Made by a program: the position numbers and the translations under genes
Shown: positions 42,820 through 57,002 of the stretch, piece by piece
How the letters are laid out: every line of letters starts with the position of its first letter
Position numbering within the stretch: position 1 is the first letter of the stretch
Origin: Octopus vulgaris
Taxonomy: Eukaryota
Length of the DNA stretch: 64,000 bases
Assembly: GCA_951406725.2 (NCBI GenBank)
Contig: OX597820.1
Location: 46,376,001-46,440,000, forward strand
Reading direction: 5' to 3'
Notes under the pieces: generated by a model
Seen by the model: the letters and a program-made list of their open reading frames with translations, nothing else
Told to the model about the DNA's origin: nothing
Database searches by the model: none

Positions 42820-43830
42820 TATACTATAAAAACCATATTCTAAAAATCAATAAAGTACATAAACAATCAATAGTAAATAGTAGTAAAAAGATTACGCGCG
42901 TTTCGTGGCTTTATTTTCAAATAGATAATAATAATAAAATCAATTCGATTTAAAATTAAATCGATCTGAAATTAAATCTATTTAAAAATATAGTCACTCA
43001 TCAGGTCTAAGATAATAATAATAACAATAAAAATAGTAATAGAATAAATGTACGTATCTTAACTTATGCTAATTATCAAATAAATATAGAAAAATATGAG
43101 TATTAACTAGAAATAATCGAAAAATATTTAACAATATTTCTTAAAATAAAAGCATAATTTATCTTATCGGAGGCAGGTGAAAATGATGTATTTCTGCCGC
43201 GTTGAGCGTAGTCAGTGGTACGTATTCACAGCCAAGTTGCATGCTAAGATGAAATTAGTCTCCACTGTTATAGGAAAACAGTGAATGCAAAATTACCGGT
43301 GTCGTGAATAGCCGCCCAGTTGAATAACATCCGTTATAAGCAACAGATACAGTATTAGATTAAAATAGCCATGTGAGTATCATGCTAAATGTAAACACGA
43401 TGCCTTTACATAAGTATGATACCTAGATAGGCATATGTGTGTGTGTGTATGTGTGTGTGTGTGTGCACATATACATGTATACATATATACAGAACGACAC
43501 ACACATAAACATACACATATATATATATGCATATCTATATATAATAAAATGAGATGATAAAAGAATAAACGATTATGGTACAGCCTTTGAGAGACAGGAT
43601 CCTCTTGAGGATAGCTAGTTGGGTTTCAACAGTTACAAGTTGGCGCTGAATGTGGTGCAGGTGGATCTTTGCGACTGTTGTAGCGTAGTAACAAATACGA
43701 TATTATCTCAGCAGGCCTGGCTCACCTTGACGTTATGCAGGTTGAAGAGCTTATAGTACTTATGGCCCCTGGGGAAATGCTCCTTAATCAACGACAGGAA
43801 GCTCTTAGCTACGTTGGTGGAAACTTCAGC
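42820..43830 (-). mobile_element. Decayed Penelope-like element (Naiad-type) with 3' hammerhead
   Basis: Minus strand VSTNVAKSFLSLIKEHFPRGHKYYKLFNLHNVKVS, then TCNC*NPTSYP..GSCLSKAV (Cys motif), then AT-rich 3' region containing the ribozyme motif. Confidence 0.85.
42889..43008 (-). ncRNA. Hammerhead ribozyme motif with long AT-rich stem II
   Basis: Minus strand: agac CUGAUGA gugacu...agccac GAAAC gcgc GUA aucu. Stem II is extended by tatttttaaatagat/atctatttgaaaata. Confidence 0.78.
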
Positions 43831-44138
43831 TATACACATATATATTCAAGTGCTGTTTTCCACCTTCTTTTGCACCTATATGCTTACTTGTGTGTGTTTG
43901 TGTGCGTGAGTGTGTGTGCACGCGCATGTATGTGGCGCATACAGAGAACAGAGAACACAGAAGAGAAAATATTCAATACCAAAGTAGAGTGTAATTATTT
44001 ATTACTGCACTGAGATTACTCCTTTCTTGCTACATACACGGAGTTACTAAATTCTTTCCTGCTTACCATCAATCACGAAACTCGGAACAACAGTGATTAA
44101 TCGGAGTACAGTTTGTTAGTATATGTGAGTATAAATGC

Positions 44139-44170
<32 letters not shown>

Positions 44171-44674
44171 TTGTGTCTTCGTTTGCATGTGAACGCGCAC
44201 GCGTGTGGCTATACGATTGCGATATTATCGGTACAAAATGGCTGTATCGCTATACACGCATTTACCATAATGCTACAAAGACGCATATTTCCCGTCATTA
44301 GATAAAATCACGTATGCACTTCACTTGGACTTCTTCCCATCGCCCATGCGTCTCTCTCTATTTCTCTCTCTCTCTCTCTTCTGCTCCCTCTCTCTCACTC
44401 TTTCACTCACTCACTCACTAGCACGCTTCCCCTCATCCTCCCTCTCTGTCTGTCTGTTTCTCTCTCTCTCTCTCTCCTTCACCCCAAAATTATTGAACCG
44501 TATCTTCATTAAATCTCAATTTCCGCTCTTTTTATCTTTATCTCTAACGCACTTCAGAATACATATATATCGACTGCTATATCCCCATTTTAGACACATG
44601 ATACAATGTGTGTGTTTGTGTGTATGTGTGTGTTTGCGTGCGCGTGCATGTACGAGCGTGTGTGCATGTGTACA

Positions 44675-44725
<51 letters not shown>

Positions 44726-44734
44726 CGTATCCGT

Positions 44735-45174
44735 AAGGTAAGAAGCTTCCGGGTTCAGTCCCATTGCATGGCACCTTGGGAAGATGTCTTCTACTATAGC
44801 CTCGGCCGACCAAAGCCTTGTGAGTGGATCTGATATGTGGAAACTGACAGAAGCCCGTCGTATACATATATATGTACGTGTGTGTATCTATGTGTGTGTG
44901 TCTTTCTGTTTGTGTATGTATCCCACCATCACCATTTGACAACCGGTGTTGGTGTCTATGTCTCCGTAACTTAGCGGTTCGGCAAAAAGAGCCCGATAGA
45001 ATAAGTAAAAATCAAGTCCTGAGGTATATATATATATATATACATGGTTCGTGGTCCAATCCTACTGCATGGCACCTTATGATGGGGATGTCTTCTACAT
45101 TAGCCTTAGGCTGACCAAAGCCTTGTGAGTGGATATGGTAGATGAGATGTGAGAGAAACCCACCGTCTTTATAC

Positions 45175-45235
<61 letters not shown>

Positions 45236-45460
45236 CATATATATATTTGTGTGTGTGTGTACGAGTGTGTCAATATTTGTCTCCCACCATCGCTTAACAA
45301 CCGATGTTGGTGTGTTTACATCCCCGTAACTTGGAGGTTTGACAACAGAGACCCATAGATTAAATACCAAACTTTAACAAGATATTTGACTAAAAGTTCG
45401 TCAAGACGGTTCCTCAGCACGGCCACAACCTAGTGATTGAATCTGATAAAAGATAAAGAT
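44735..45460 (+). mobile_element. Two tandem SINE family 1 copies
   Basis: 44735-45020 and 45042-45460 match the consensus. Confidence 0.8.
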
Positions 45461-45876
45461 ATATACACGCTTCTACAAAACATGTGTGGAGCCCTTATAA
45501 GATTTTATACATGCTAAAACGGCCTTATGCTCTAAACTAGGACAGATGGACTGTTCCCTACATACACGCGTGCGTATACATATAGCCCAAGGCGTACATA
45601 CATGACCGACTTACTCAATTACTTTATACAAGTGAACTCGTTTTTCTTTTAATTTGTTCTTTGATAAGTCTGACATTGATTTTGTTTTGGAAAGTTTGGG
45701 CTTTTTAAATCCCAGGTACAGACAATCAGATGGTTTCCTCATAGTTTTCCAATTGCACTCGGAGGAAGCTTATGGTTAAAAAGACAGTTATGCCATGTCC
45801 CATCGTAGACCTCTCGATTGACTAACGATTCTGAGCAATTTGACCATGTTCTTACATTTATGGACAGATATTTTAT

Positions 45877-45914
<38 letters not shown>

Positions 45915-45992
45915 TATATATATATACGTTTAAATATTTGTTGTGCAAGATTTTTATATTGTAGTAGAGGCAATATGACCATTCCGAAATAT

Positions 45993-46031
<39 letters not shown>

Positions 46032-46470
46032 CATATATACATACATAAACACACACACATATATATATATTAGGTCATTACGTAAATAATGCAGTATTTT
46101 ATACTCTCACAAGGCTTTGTTCAGCCTGAAGCTATAGTAGAAAACACTCGCCCAAGGCGCTACGCAGTGGGATTGAACCCAGAACCATGTGGTTAGGAAG
46201 CAAGCTTCTTATCACACAGCCACGAACATTTATGTCAATACATTATCAAGGTAATCCAAATTGGTGAAATTCTAACTGAACATCTGAGAAAATATCTTAG
46301 CAGTTAAAAAACGATAAAAAAGAAGCGCCCGACCAAATTTAACTTTAGACATTCATTCAGCCAAGAGCGACGTGATTGAATAACTAATTTAGTTTGTAAA
46401 ACTAAAATATAAAATATAAAATAACATACTAATTCCATATTTTTAGACAATATATGTGTATGTATGAATA

Positions 46471-46566
<96 letters not shown>

Positions 46567-46697
46567 TGTATGTATGTATGTATGTATGTACATATATATA
46601 TATGTTAATGCAACTGAAATAATTGTTAGATTTTATAAGGTGCAATTTAAACTAGAGATGTGATTTTCTTCATATATATTATTGATTGTTGTATATA

Positions 46698-46808
<111 letters not shown>

Positions 46809-46833
46809 TTAGAACAAACAGTAAAATGTCATT

Positions 46834-46892
46834 ATTGTACTTGTAGTTTCGAATGTCAGAGCAGAGAGCTACGACACATTCCCGTTAGCTAT
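46834..46892 (-). ncRNA. Degenerate hammerhead motif in inverted orientation upstream of a Penelope ORF
   Basis: Minus strand: auag CUAACGG gaaugu...acauuc GAAAC uacaa GUA caau. Perfect 6-bp stem II, mutated core. Confidence 0.5.
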
Positions 46893-46899
46893 TAATGGC

Positions 46900-47770
46900 G
46901 TAGTGTTTAAGAATTTAGTTAAGAATATTAGTATGAGAATTTCTAGCCTCTACTACAATATAAACATATTTAATAATGCTGCCTCACTATTTAACAATGC
47001 TCTTGAAGCTAGTTTGATTTAAAGAGGAAATAGCTTGCATACCTACTATTAGACCAGAAACAAAGAAAAGAAAACATAGCCACAGGAAAGTTATCTGGTT
47101 CACACCCCTTACCCTCAAAGTGGCCTTTAATATAGGTAAATATTTCTTGTCACTTATAGACAGACATTTTCCAATACATCACAAATATAGAAAACTCTTT
47201 AATAGGCTTAACCTAAGAATTCCACACCGACACACAAGGCAGCACAACACGAAGCTAGCTGTTCCTGCAGAGATAAAGATTTATGCCCACTAAATGCAGC
47301 CTGTGTGACCGAGGCCTTTATTTATGAAGCCACCGTAAATTCCACGAACGCTAATAATATAATTTCATCCAAGAGATATGTGGGTCTCACAGAGGGAAAT
47401 TTCAAAGCAAGATTCAACAATCACACCTTAAGCTTCAGGCAATGGAATAAACAGAAAACTACCAAATTATCCAGTTATATATGGTTCTTAAAAGAACAAG
47501 GTGTCAACTACAGGATTTACTGGAAATCTTAACCAACGGTAGTGGCAATTGCGGTTTTTGTAATATGGAAAGATGACTCATTTGGATAAGTTCCTTGGAG
47601 TCCACTGCATTTTTAAACATTTTGGATCATGTCCATATGTCACAAAATACCTGTTACGGTTTTGGGTCCCCCAAGATCACGGCTAGAATCCACATTTCTA
47701 CGATGTTCTTGCTTTCCCATACGTTTTAACTTCCATTAATTTTTCAAATTTAAAATTTTTATTTTTTATA
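46900..47770 (+). mobile_element. Penelope-like element (Naiad-type) remnant: RT C-terminus/linker plus GIY-YIG endonuclease
   Basis: RKVIWFTP..NIGKYFLSLIDRHFPIHHKYRKLFNR, CSCRDKDLCPLNAACVTEAFIYEATV...YVGLTEGNFKARFNNHTLSF...TKLSSYIWFLK, CGFCNME. Confidence 0.92.
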
Positions 47771-48015
47771 TATACTTTTTCATTTCTTCCTTTTCCCTTT
47801 TTAATTGTGTGAGTGTGTACGTATGTGTGTATATGTATATGTATGTATATATATTATATATATGTGTGTGTGTGCACGTGTGTATGTGTATATGTATGAA
47901 TATGAGTGTAAGACTGTGCCCAGTTCATATGTGCGACTTTCATGCACACGCTCCTTTCATTTATGCACCTATGCATGTTTGTATATATGCGGGAGTGTGA
48001 ATGCATGCATGTCTG

Positions 48016-48094
<79 letters not shown>

Positions 48095-48116
48095 GTGTGT
48101 GTGTGTGTGTGTGTTT

Positions 48117-48759
<643 letters not shown>

Positions 48760-49254
48760 CAGTCTGTTGATAGCATGCAAGCGGCAACTTCGAAATCATT
48801 GTAAACCATTCCTTGTAAATGTTCTTCATTCTACTAAAAATTATTGTGTAATCATTCCAGTTCAGGTTAAATTGCTTTTATATACAACATGATATAAAAA
48901 CAAAACCATTAATATATGGGTGCATATACATATACAAACAAACAAAAAAAAAGGTTTATATATGTATATATATATTTACGTATATATATGCAGAAAAAGT
49001 TGAGTGAAAGAAATAAGGGGGAAGATAAAGAGAAAGAGAGAGATAAAGAGAGAGAGAGAAAGAGAGAGAAAGTGACCTAGGGATTGATTCCCAGTGGAAG
49101 ACTTTTTATATGTTTTAATTCAAACAGATACTCCTATGGCTTGTAATAGTTTGAGAAAGTAATGCTGTCGATATGAACGACAAAATTTCCTTAAGGGCGG
49201 TGCCCAGTTTGACCTCCAATTTACGAGTACAACCAGTTAAAGAGTAACCCTCCT

Positions 49255-49288
<34 letters not shown>

Positions 49289-49308
49289 TACGCATAATTA
49301 CGTATGTA

Positions 49309-49535
49309 TTGGGTTGGGGCATAATTATTGCGGCTTTTTTTCAACAAATTTTATTCAACAAAATCAATAGCAATGTTTAACAAAAACATCTTTAAATCAC
49401 GGTCTGACCGCCTGCCAAGCAAATGGGAAGCAGTGATTGAAGTAGATGGTGAATACACTCCGGAATGATCATTTAAAGATGTTTTTGTTGCATGTTGTTA
49501 TGGTTTTTGTTGAATAAAATTATGCACCAACCCAG
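49309..49535 (+). mobile_element. Mariner-derived MITE built from duplicated 3' ends
   Basis: TA|ttgggttggggcataatt ... aattatgcaccaacccag|TA. Centre encodes the transposase C-terminus DRLPSKWEAVIEVDGEYTPE*. Confidence 0.88.
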
Positions 49536-50587
49536 TACGTGTGCATATAATCCCTCTACCTATCTATCTGTCTATTTATCTATCTATCATTCTCTCTCTC
49601 CCTCTCCCCCTCTCTCTCTCTGGTTGCCGCTCCCCAATTTCTCCCACAATGCAATATTCGTTCTGCGACTGTAGTAAAAAGATACAACTGCCTACAACGA
49701 TGCTCAGCAGGACCGAGCTCAGAACCACGCGTGGCTACGAAGCAGACTTCTTAACCGCACAACCAGTTCATTGTGAATGAATAATGATGTATGGTCCTTT
49801 ATAGTCTGATTACAACGAATTAAAGGCTGAAAATAAAACCCCTGGAGTTTTCGGGCCTAATTTGGGTGTTGCCTTCGTTGGTGAATTTGTATATTGCATT
49901 TAAAACCTTTCTAGATGATTTTAACAACATCATGGCTCTTAGTTATCTTTGCTATTTTTGCATGAATAGCTCAAGAAAATAGTTCTTCATGTAAATAGAA
50001 GAAATGTCTTATAAAGCAATTGCAAATAATAGTGGATCTAAGGCATTTCTCTGGAGTACTACTCACAGAATTATCGTCCACTATAAGAAAGTACCATTGG
50101 CTGCCACAGCTTTCGTTCTATTTTCAAAATATTCTGCGATCACTCTGTTTCACAGTCCGACTAAGATCACATAGATTGAAATATTCTGTATGTGTGCGTT
50201 GCATGTTTTTTAAGGCTGCATAGAGTGTGTAAGTACCATTGTAAACTCCACTACTGTATCCTCAGTTCTTAAGTCTGAGGATCAAAAGAAAAGTACACGA
50301 AGAATATTAATATTCAGACGAATCAATAAGGCTTGGATAAATATTCAAAATAGGGAATATACTGTGTATATAAAGTAATCATCATATGTGTGTATATCCT
50401 TGTATTTTTAGTCGAATTAATCGATCCCAGAACTTTTTTTTTTCAGAAGTGATACTTATTTTATCGACCGGTCTCTTTTGCCGCTAAGTGACGGGGACAC
50501 AAACGCATCAAAACTGGTTGTCAAGCGGTGGGGTGGGGACAAACACAGGCACAAACACACACACGCATGCACGCACACACAAACATA

Positions 50588-50980
50588 TACTCTTTTACTC
50601 TTTTACTTGTTTCAGTCATTTGACTGCGGCCATGCTGGAGCACCGCCTTTAGTCGAGCAAATCGACCTCGGGACTTATTCTTTGTAAGCCCAGTACTTTT
50701 GCCGAACCGCTAAGTGACGGGGACGTAAACACACCAGCATCGGTTGTCAAGCAATGCTAGGGGTACACACACAGACACACAAACATATACACACACACTT
50801 ATATATATATACATATATACGAGAGGCTTCTTTCAGTTTCCGTCTACCAAATCCACCCACAAGGCATTGGTCGGCCCTGGGCTATAGCAGAAGACACTTG
50901 CCCAAGATGCCACGCAGTGGGACTGAACCCGGAACCATGTAGCTGGTTAGCAAGCTACTTACCACACAGCCACTCCTGCG

Positions 50981-51078
<98 letters not shown>

Positions 51079-51465
51079 GGCGTGAGTGGCTGTGTGGTAA
51101 GTAGCTTGCTTCTGGGTTCAGTTCCACAGCGTGGCACTTTGGGCAAGTGTCTTCTACTATAGCTTCGGACCGACTAAAGACATGTGAGTGGATTTGGTAG
51201 ACAGAAACGGAAAGAAGCCCGTCGTATGTGTGTGTGTGTGCGCGCACGCGCATCTATATGTTTGTGTGTCTGTGTTCGTCCCCCTACTATCGTTTGACAA
51301 CCGATGTTAGTGTGTTTACATTCCCGTAAATTAGCGGTTCGGCAAAAAGAGACGATAGGATATATACTAGGCTTACAAAGAATAAGTCCTGGGGTCGATT
51401 TGTTCGACTAAAGGTGGTGATGCTCCAGCATGGCCGCAGTCAAATGACTGAAAGAAATAAAAGAA
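50588..51465. mobile_element. Head-to-head pair of SINE family 1 copies separated by (TA)n
   Basis: Minus copy 50588-50983 and plus copy 51077-51465. Confidence 0.92.
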
Positions 51466-51496
51466 TATATATATATATATATATATAAATATATAT

Positions 51497-51549
<53 letters not shown>

Positions 51550-51563
51550 TACATACATACATA

Positions 51564-51630
<67 letters not shown>

Positions 51631-52404
51631 GACAAGCTTCAATTTCTGTCTACCAAATCCACTAACAATGCTTGGGTTGGCTCGAGGCTATAGTAAAAAT
51701 ATTTGCCACGCAGTGGGATTGAACCTGGTACTATGTCCTTGGGAAGCATGCTTCATGCTACACATCCATGGCTGGTGTGTTTGTATCTCCGAAACGTATG
51801 TATTACTTACATTGCTTCAGGTTTGTGTAGCAAAGCAGCTACAAGTGCGATAGAAGATTTGGATGATGTACAATTTACGTTCGAATTATTTGGATGTGTC
51901 TCTTGTTGCATGTATATATATAAATATACGTGTTTGTGTGTGCGTGTGTGTCAGTTTCTGCGAGTGTAGGCATTTCTTTTCATATCTCGCTAATCCACAC
52001 AGATAAAACTGTATACCAATAGTAGCTGGGAGTTAATTTTATTTGGTGGGAGCGGGTGACTCTTGTGATCTTTGTCACTAAACGCTCCAGAAATAGGGAC
52101 AAGTGAGTCACTCAGGTCAAGTCATAATTTAATTATGTGTATGTGTGTATGCGTGTGTATATGAGCCTGTCATGTGTGTGCGTGTTTATTATGTATGTTT
52201 ATATATATATATATATACCTCTATTGTCAAAGTGGTAAGCGGCCATCTGATATATATATATCTTTGTGTGTGTGTGTATCTGTGTGTATGCGTGTGTCTG
52301 TGTGCCTGTGTGTCTGTGTGCCTGTGTGTCTGTGTATTTCAACCATATATATATATATATGAGAGGGAGGGAGAGAGAGGGTGAGAGAGAGGGAGAGAGA
52401 GAGA

Positions 52405-52602
52405 GATTAGAAATATACAAAAAGTATACCAAAAAAAGAGACATGTGAAGGAATAACAAACATGACGTGTTAGTTTGACGATCAGGAAAAATAAAAGAAG
52501 TATTTGATGTTTCGAGGCTACGCTCTTCCCTAGAAAGAAATAAAGAAAGAAAACTGACCGAAAGGGGGAAAATGGAGAGAGAAAACGTGTCTGAATTAAC
52601 GG
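52405..52602 (-). mobile_element. Diverged copy of the 48197-48386 element
   Basis: Minus strand ctttctagggaagagcgtagcctcgaaacatcaaa at 52503-52537. Confidence 0.6.
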
Positions 52603-52683
52603 TGTATGAATGTATTTATGTATGTATGGTATGTTCAACATAGAATGTTGAACATACCATACATACATAAATACATTCATACA
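52603..52683. repeat. Perfect 39-bp hairpin with 3-nt loop
   Basis: tgtatgaatgtatttatgtatgtatggtatgttcaacat-aga-atgttgaacataccatacatacataaatacattcataca. Confidence 0.95.
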
Positions 52684-52750
52684 TACATACGTACATACAT
52701 ACACACATACATACATACATACTTACATACATACATACATAACTACATAC

Positions 52751-52803
<53 letters not shown>

Positions 52804-52877
52804 GCACATACGCAACATACAACACAATATAACGTCTCCGATGTCAAATCATACCACATGTACTTCTTCATATACAC

Positions 52878-52946
<69 letters not shown>

Positions 52947-53163
52947 TATGCGAAGGGTTTCTTTCAGTTTCCGTCCACCAAATTCACTCATATGGCTTTA
53001 GTCGGACATGGTTCAAGGTTTAGTTCCACTGCATGGCAACCTGGGCGTTTTCTACTATACCTTCGGGCCGACCACAGCCTTGTGAGTGGATTTTTATAGA
53101 CGAAACTGAAAAAGCCATTTGTATATACATGGTGTGTGTGTGTGTGTGTGTGTGCGTGCGTGT

Positions 53164-53241
<78 letters not shown>

Positions 53242-53358
53242 GTACTAAACTTACAAAAATAAATAAGTTCTGGGCTCGATTTCTTCGACTAAAATCCTTG
53301 AAGGCGGAGCCCCAGAGGGAAGAGATAGATAGATAGACAGACAGATAGATAGATAGAC

Positions 53359-53439
<81 letters not shown>

Positions 53440-54624
53440 CTTCGCTTCCCAGGGCTGCGTTAGTAACGTCATTGACCTCCGTGCAAATAGATGCTCTGGC
53501 CTTATGTTATTTTTCCTTGTTAGCGAATCATGCAAACATAGATCAGAATTGGACCCTTAGACCACAAAGGCCATCGGGCGATCGCCCAATGGGCCAACGT
53601 CTTAAGATGGCACTTCCGCAGCTAAACACTCAATATTCTCCTGAGTAAAGGGAGGGAGGGCAGAGATAAGCACCTGAAGCAATTAGCCAAAGTATGGTAC
53701 AAGTTATCAGGACATATGCACTTGCGAGTGACGAGTTACCTAATCTAATTGCATGTGTATGTGTTTGTGCGTGCGTTCATGTGCACATGTGTGTTGGCAG
53801 AAATGTTAGAGCGTCAGACAAAGTACTTAGCAGGGCGGCATTTCTCTTTACGTTCTGAGTTCAGATCCCGCTGAAATCGACATTTTGCGTTTTATTTTTT
53901 CGGGATGGATAAAATAAAGTACCAATCAAGGACGGGAGTCGATGAAATCGACAGGCACTTCACCTCCCCTCAAAATTGTTTACATATATACATACATGCA
54001 TACATAAATGCATGCACTCGCAGACGTACATACGCACATATATACACACGCATATACACACATGCATACATACATAATTCACATACATATGTAGATGAAT
54101 ATATACGCATATATACACACACATTCATACATCTACACATATACGCGCATACATGCTTACATACATACACATTCATACATGCAGAAATACACATAAATGC
54201 ACTTACATACACACATAAACACACATATATAGTATCACTCTGTCAAATGACTTTCACCTTGATTTGTATGGTTATTATTTATTTTCCTCCATCAACGCAT
54301 TCACTTCGCCAATCTGGCCTGTCAGCCTGCCATCATTTTGTTTTTGCTTTTTTAATCATAAATTCGGTTGATGTAGTCTCTTTGTCTGTTCCACATGAAT
54401 AAGCAAATGAATAAGTGAATTGAAGAGGAAAACAAATGACAATAACACAACTGAAGCCATAAAACACTTGACAGAACAGCAAAAATACTACCACGCCCAT
54501 CAACAATAATAGCAGTAACAAAAAGCGTTTACATACATACGGGTGGCACACAAAACATGCATGCACATACATACATACATACATACATACATACATACAT
54601 ACATACATACATACATACATACAA

Positions 54625-55040
54625 AAAATGTCATCACGGTATTATCTACCGATGAGACATGATTTAGCTAGGACACCCTGTAATGAAATCCGCCGGAAGG
54701 ATATTCCCGAGAACAAGGAAATGAGAGTCCACTGTATGGTAGAAGCCATAGCTACTTGTAGTACAAAGGAGCACTGGTAGAATGACCCACTGAAGACCTC
54801 AATAAAATGTAAGCACAACAGATATAATGATTTGTATACAGTTATGGAAATTGGCTTCGCAGCGAATGTTAACATCAAGCTGAAGATCAGTGAAAAAGAG
54901 AATACCTACGTTGAACTATTGAGAAATCTGCAGTTTCTCTATCCAGATTACAAGTTCAGGTTTATACCTGTAATTACTAGGGGCCTGAGATATGTAACAC
55001 ACTGCCTAAATACCAGTCTTGAGAAATTAGGCACCTCAAA
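54625..55040 (+). mobile_element. R4/Dong-like non-LTR fragment (restriction-like endonuclease domain)
   Basis: YYLPMRHDL, KTSIKCKHNR, VMEIGFAANVNIKLKISEKENTYVEL...FRFIPVITRGL match RHD / HNRPD / ExKxxxY / PVIIGALG motifs. Confidence 0.8.
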
Positions 55041-55044
55041 GCCA

Positions 55045-55235
55045 TACATGTGTACCCTTAACGTAGTTCATAGGGAGGTTCCACGTGACAGGTCTAACCA
55101 TTTTGAAATACAAATACTACTCATTTTCGCCAGCTGAGTGGACTGGACCAATGTGAAATAAAGTTTCTTGCTACCGGAAATCGAACTCACGATCTATTGA
55201 TTCTAAGCTGAATACCCTAACCGCTAAGCCTTCAC
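55045..55235 (-). mobile_element. SINE group 3
   Basis: tRNA head (gagttcgattcc-like) plus gtccagtccactcagctggc block, with its own tail. Confidence 0.7.
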
Positions 55236-55459
55236 ATTTCTCATATATGTGCGCGCGCGCGTGTGTGCATATTTACATATACATCCATATATATATATAT
55301 ATACATACACACACACAACAGGCTTCTTACAGTTTACTTCTACCAAATTCACTACCATAGCTCAGGGCTACAGCAGAAGACATTTGCTCAAGGTGTTGTG
55401 CAATGGCATTGAACTTGACACCACAGTTGGAATGCAAGCTTCTTAACCACAATAATAAT

Positions 55460-55840
55460 AATCCCTTCTACACAGGCACAAGGTCCGAAATTTTTCTGTA
55501 GGTGGGAGGGGCCTAGCTGATCACATTGAACGCAGTACATGACTGGTACTTATTTTATTAATCCTGAAAGGATAAAAGGCAAAGCTGACCCCGGCGGAAC
55601 TTGAACTCTGAATGTGAAGACAGAAGTGTAAACCACAATAACAATAATACTTTCTAGTAAAGGCACAAGGCCTGAAATTTTGGGTGCGGGGACTAGTCGA
55701 TTACATCAACCCCAGTGTTTCAATGTTACTTAATTTGAAACCATGGAACGATGAAAGGTAAAATCAACCGTGGTAGAATTTGAACACGGAACGTTAGGAT
55801 GGACAGAGTACCGCTAAGCATTTTGCTCGGCGTGCTAACA
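55460..55840 (-). mobile_element. Two SINE family 2 copies
   Basis: aggcacaaggcctgaaattt tails and ggaatttgaac B boxes. Confidence 0.8.
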
Positions 55841-56076
55841 AATAACAATACCAATTATGATGAAGCTATTTTAAACAGATAGTTCTTAGTTTACTCTTTG
55901 AAATACAAAGGAACTTTTAAGCATTCCATTCCTAAGAATTCTATAGTACAGTCTAAATGATAATCAAAAATGGTGGCAAGATGGACGGAAGTGTGCTTGA
56001 ATATTCATGTATGTGCATGTATGTTGATAAACATGCATGCATACTTACATACAGATTTATATATATTTAGATATAT

Positions 56077-56144
<68 letters not shown>

Positions 56145-57002
56145 CATATACATGTGCATGGGCGTCGCCAACGGTAAACATGAAATACGAAAACAAATGA
56201 GTTCAATACGCAAAACAACGAGAGAAGCAAATAGAAAACAGGACAAGTAACACAAGGAACAACCCTAACCCATACGCCTCCACTAATGACAAAATTACTT
56301 AAGTATTTGTAGCTATGTAGGTATGAAAACTTTAGCATTTTTAAAAGCTTAAATCAGCAGATTAACATCCAATATCATGTGTTTGAGTAATGTGGGCCAC
56401 CTTCTAGAGGTAGTGACACGTCTAATGTAACTGTTGTATTATAATAAAACAATGGTAGGCGTGTTTTAATGCAAATTGAACCATGGAAGATATCCGCCTT
56501 CAAAATATCGTCAATGACTCCCTGCTTAATAAACTTTTATGGATCAAATTGATAAATATCGCAAAAGTTTTATAGTTATCCAATGCCTTTGGACTGACTC
56601 AACCCAAGCATTCATAGTAGTTACATTCATCAAGAGGAAAGCATTCATGTCTAACCGCTGTTTCTACCTACCTACCTGTAGCTCGAAGTTCCTTCAACAT
56701 AACATCGAATATTAGAAAACTTTATGGGGAGACTTCAATATTTTCCGCACTGCTGTGAAAGATAATGAAGATGTTTCAGGCTCCTCTCCCTAGTCTGAGA
56801 GAAAGAGAGAAGAAGAATAGGGAGAGAAAGAGACAGAAGGGAGAGAAGTGGAGAGGGAGAGGGAGAGAAGTGTGGGAAAGAAAGAGGATAGTGAGAATGA
56901 AGAGAGAAGGATAGATGAGAGAGAAATGGATAAGAAAAATAGAAGATAGGAATATCATTATTTCTAATTCTCTCTAAAGGAGACTACAGCAGCGGTACTG
57001 GA

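Noticed and set aside
43620-43720. In-frame TGA codons near cysteines as selenocysteine in a Naiad element
   Set aside because: The TGA after CNC sits at the Arg position (CGA>TGA decay) in a frameshifted copy, not at a Cys position.
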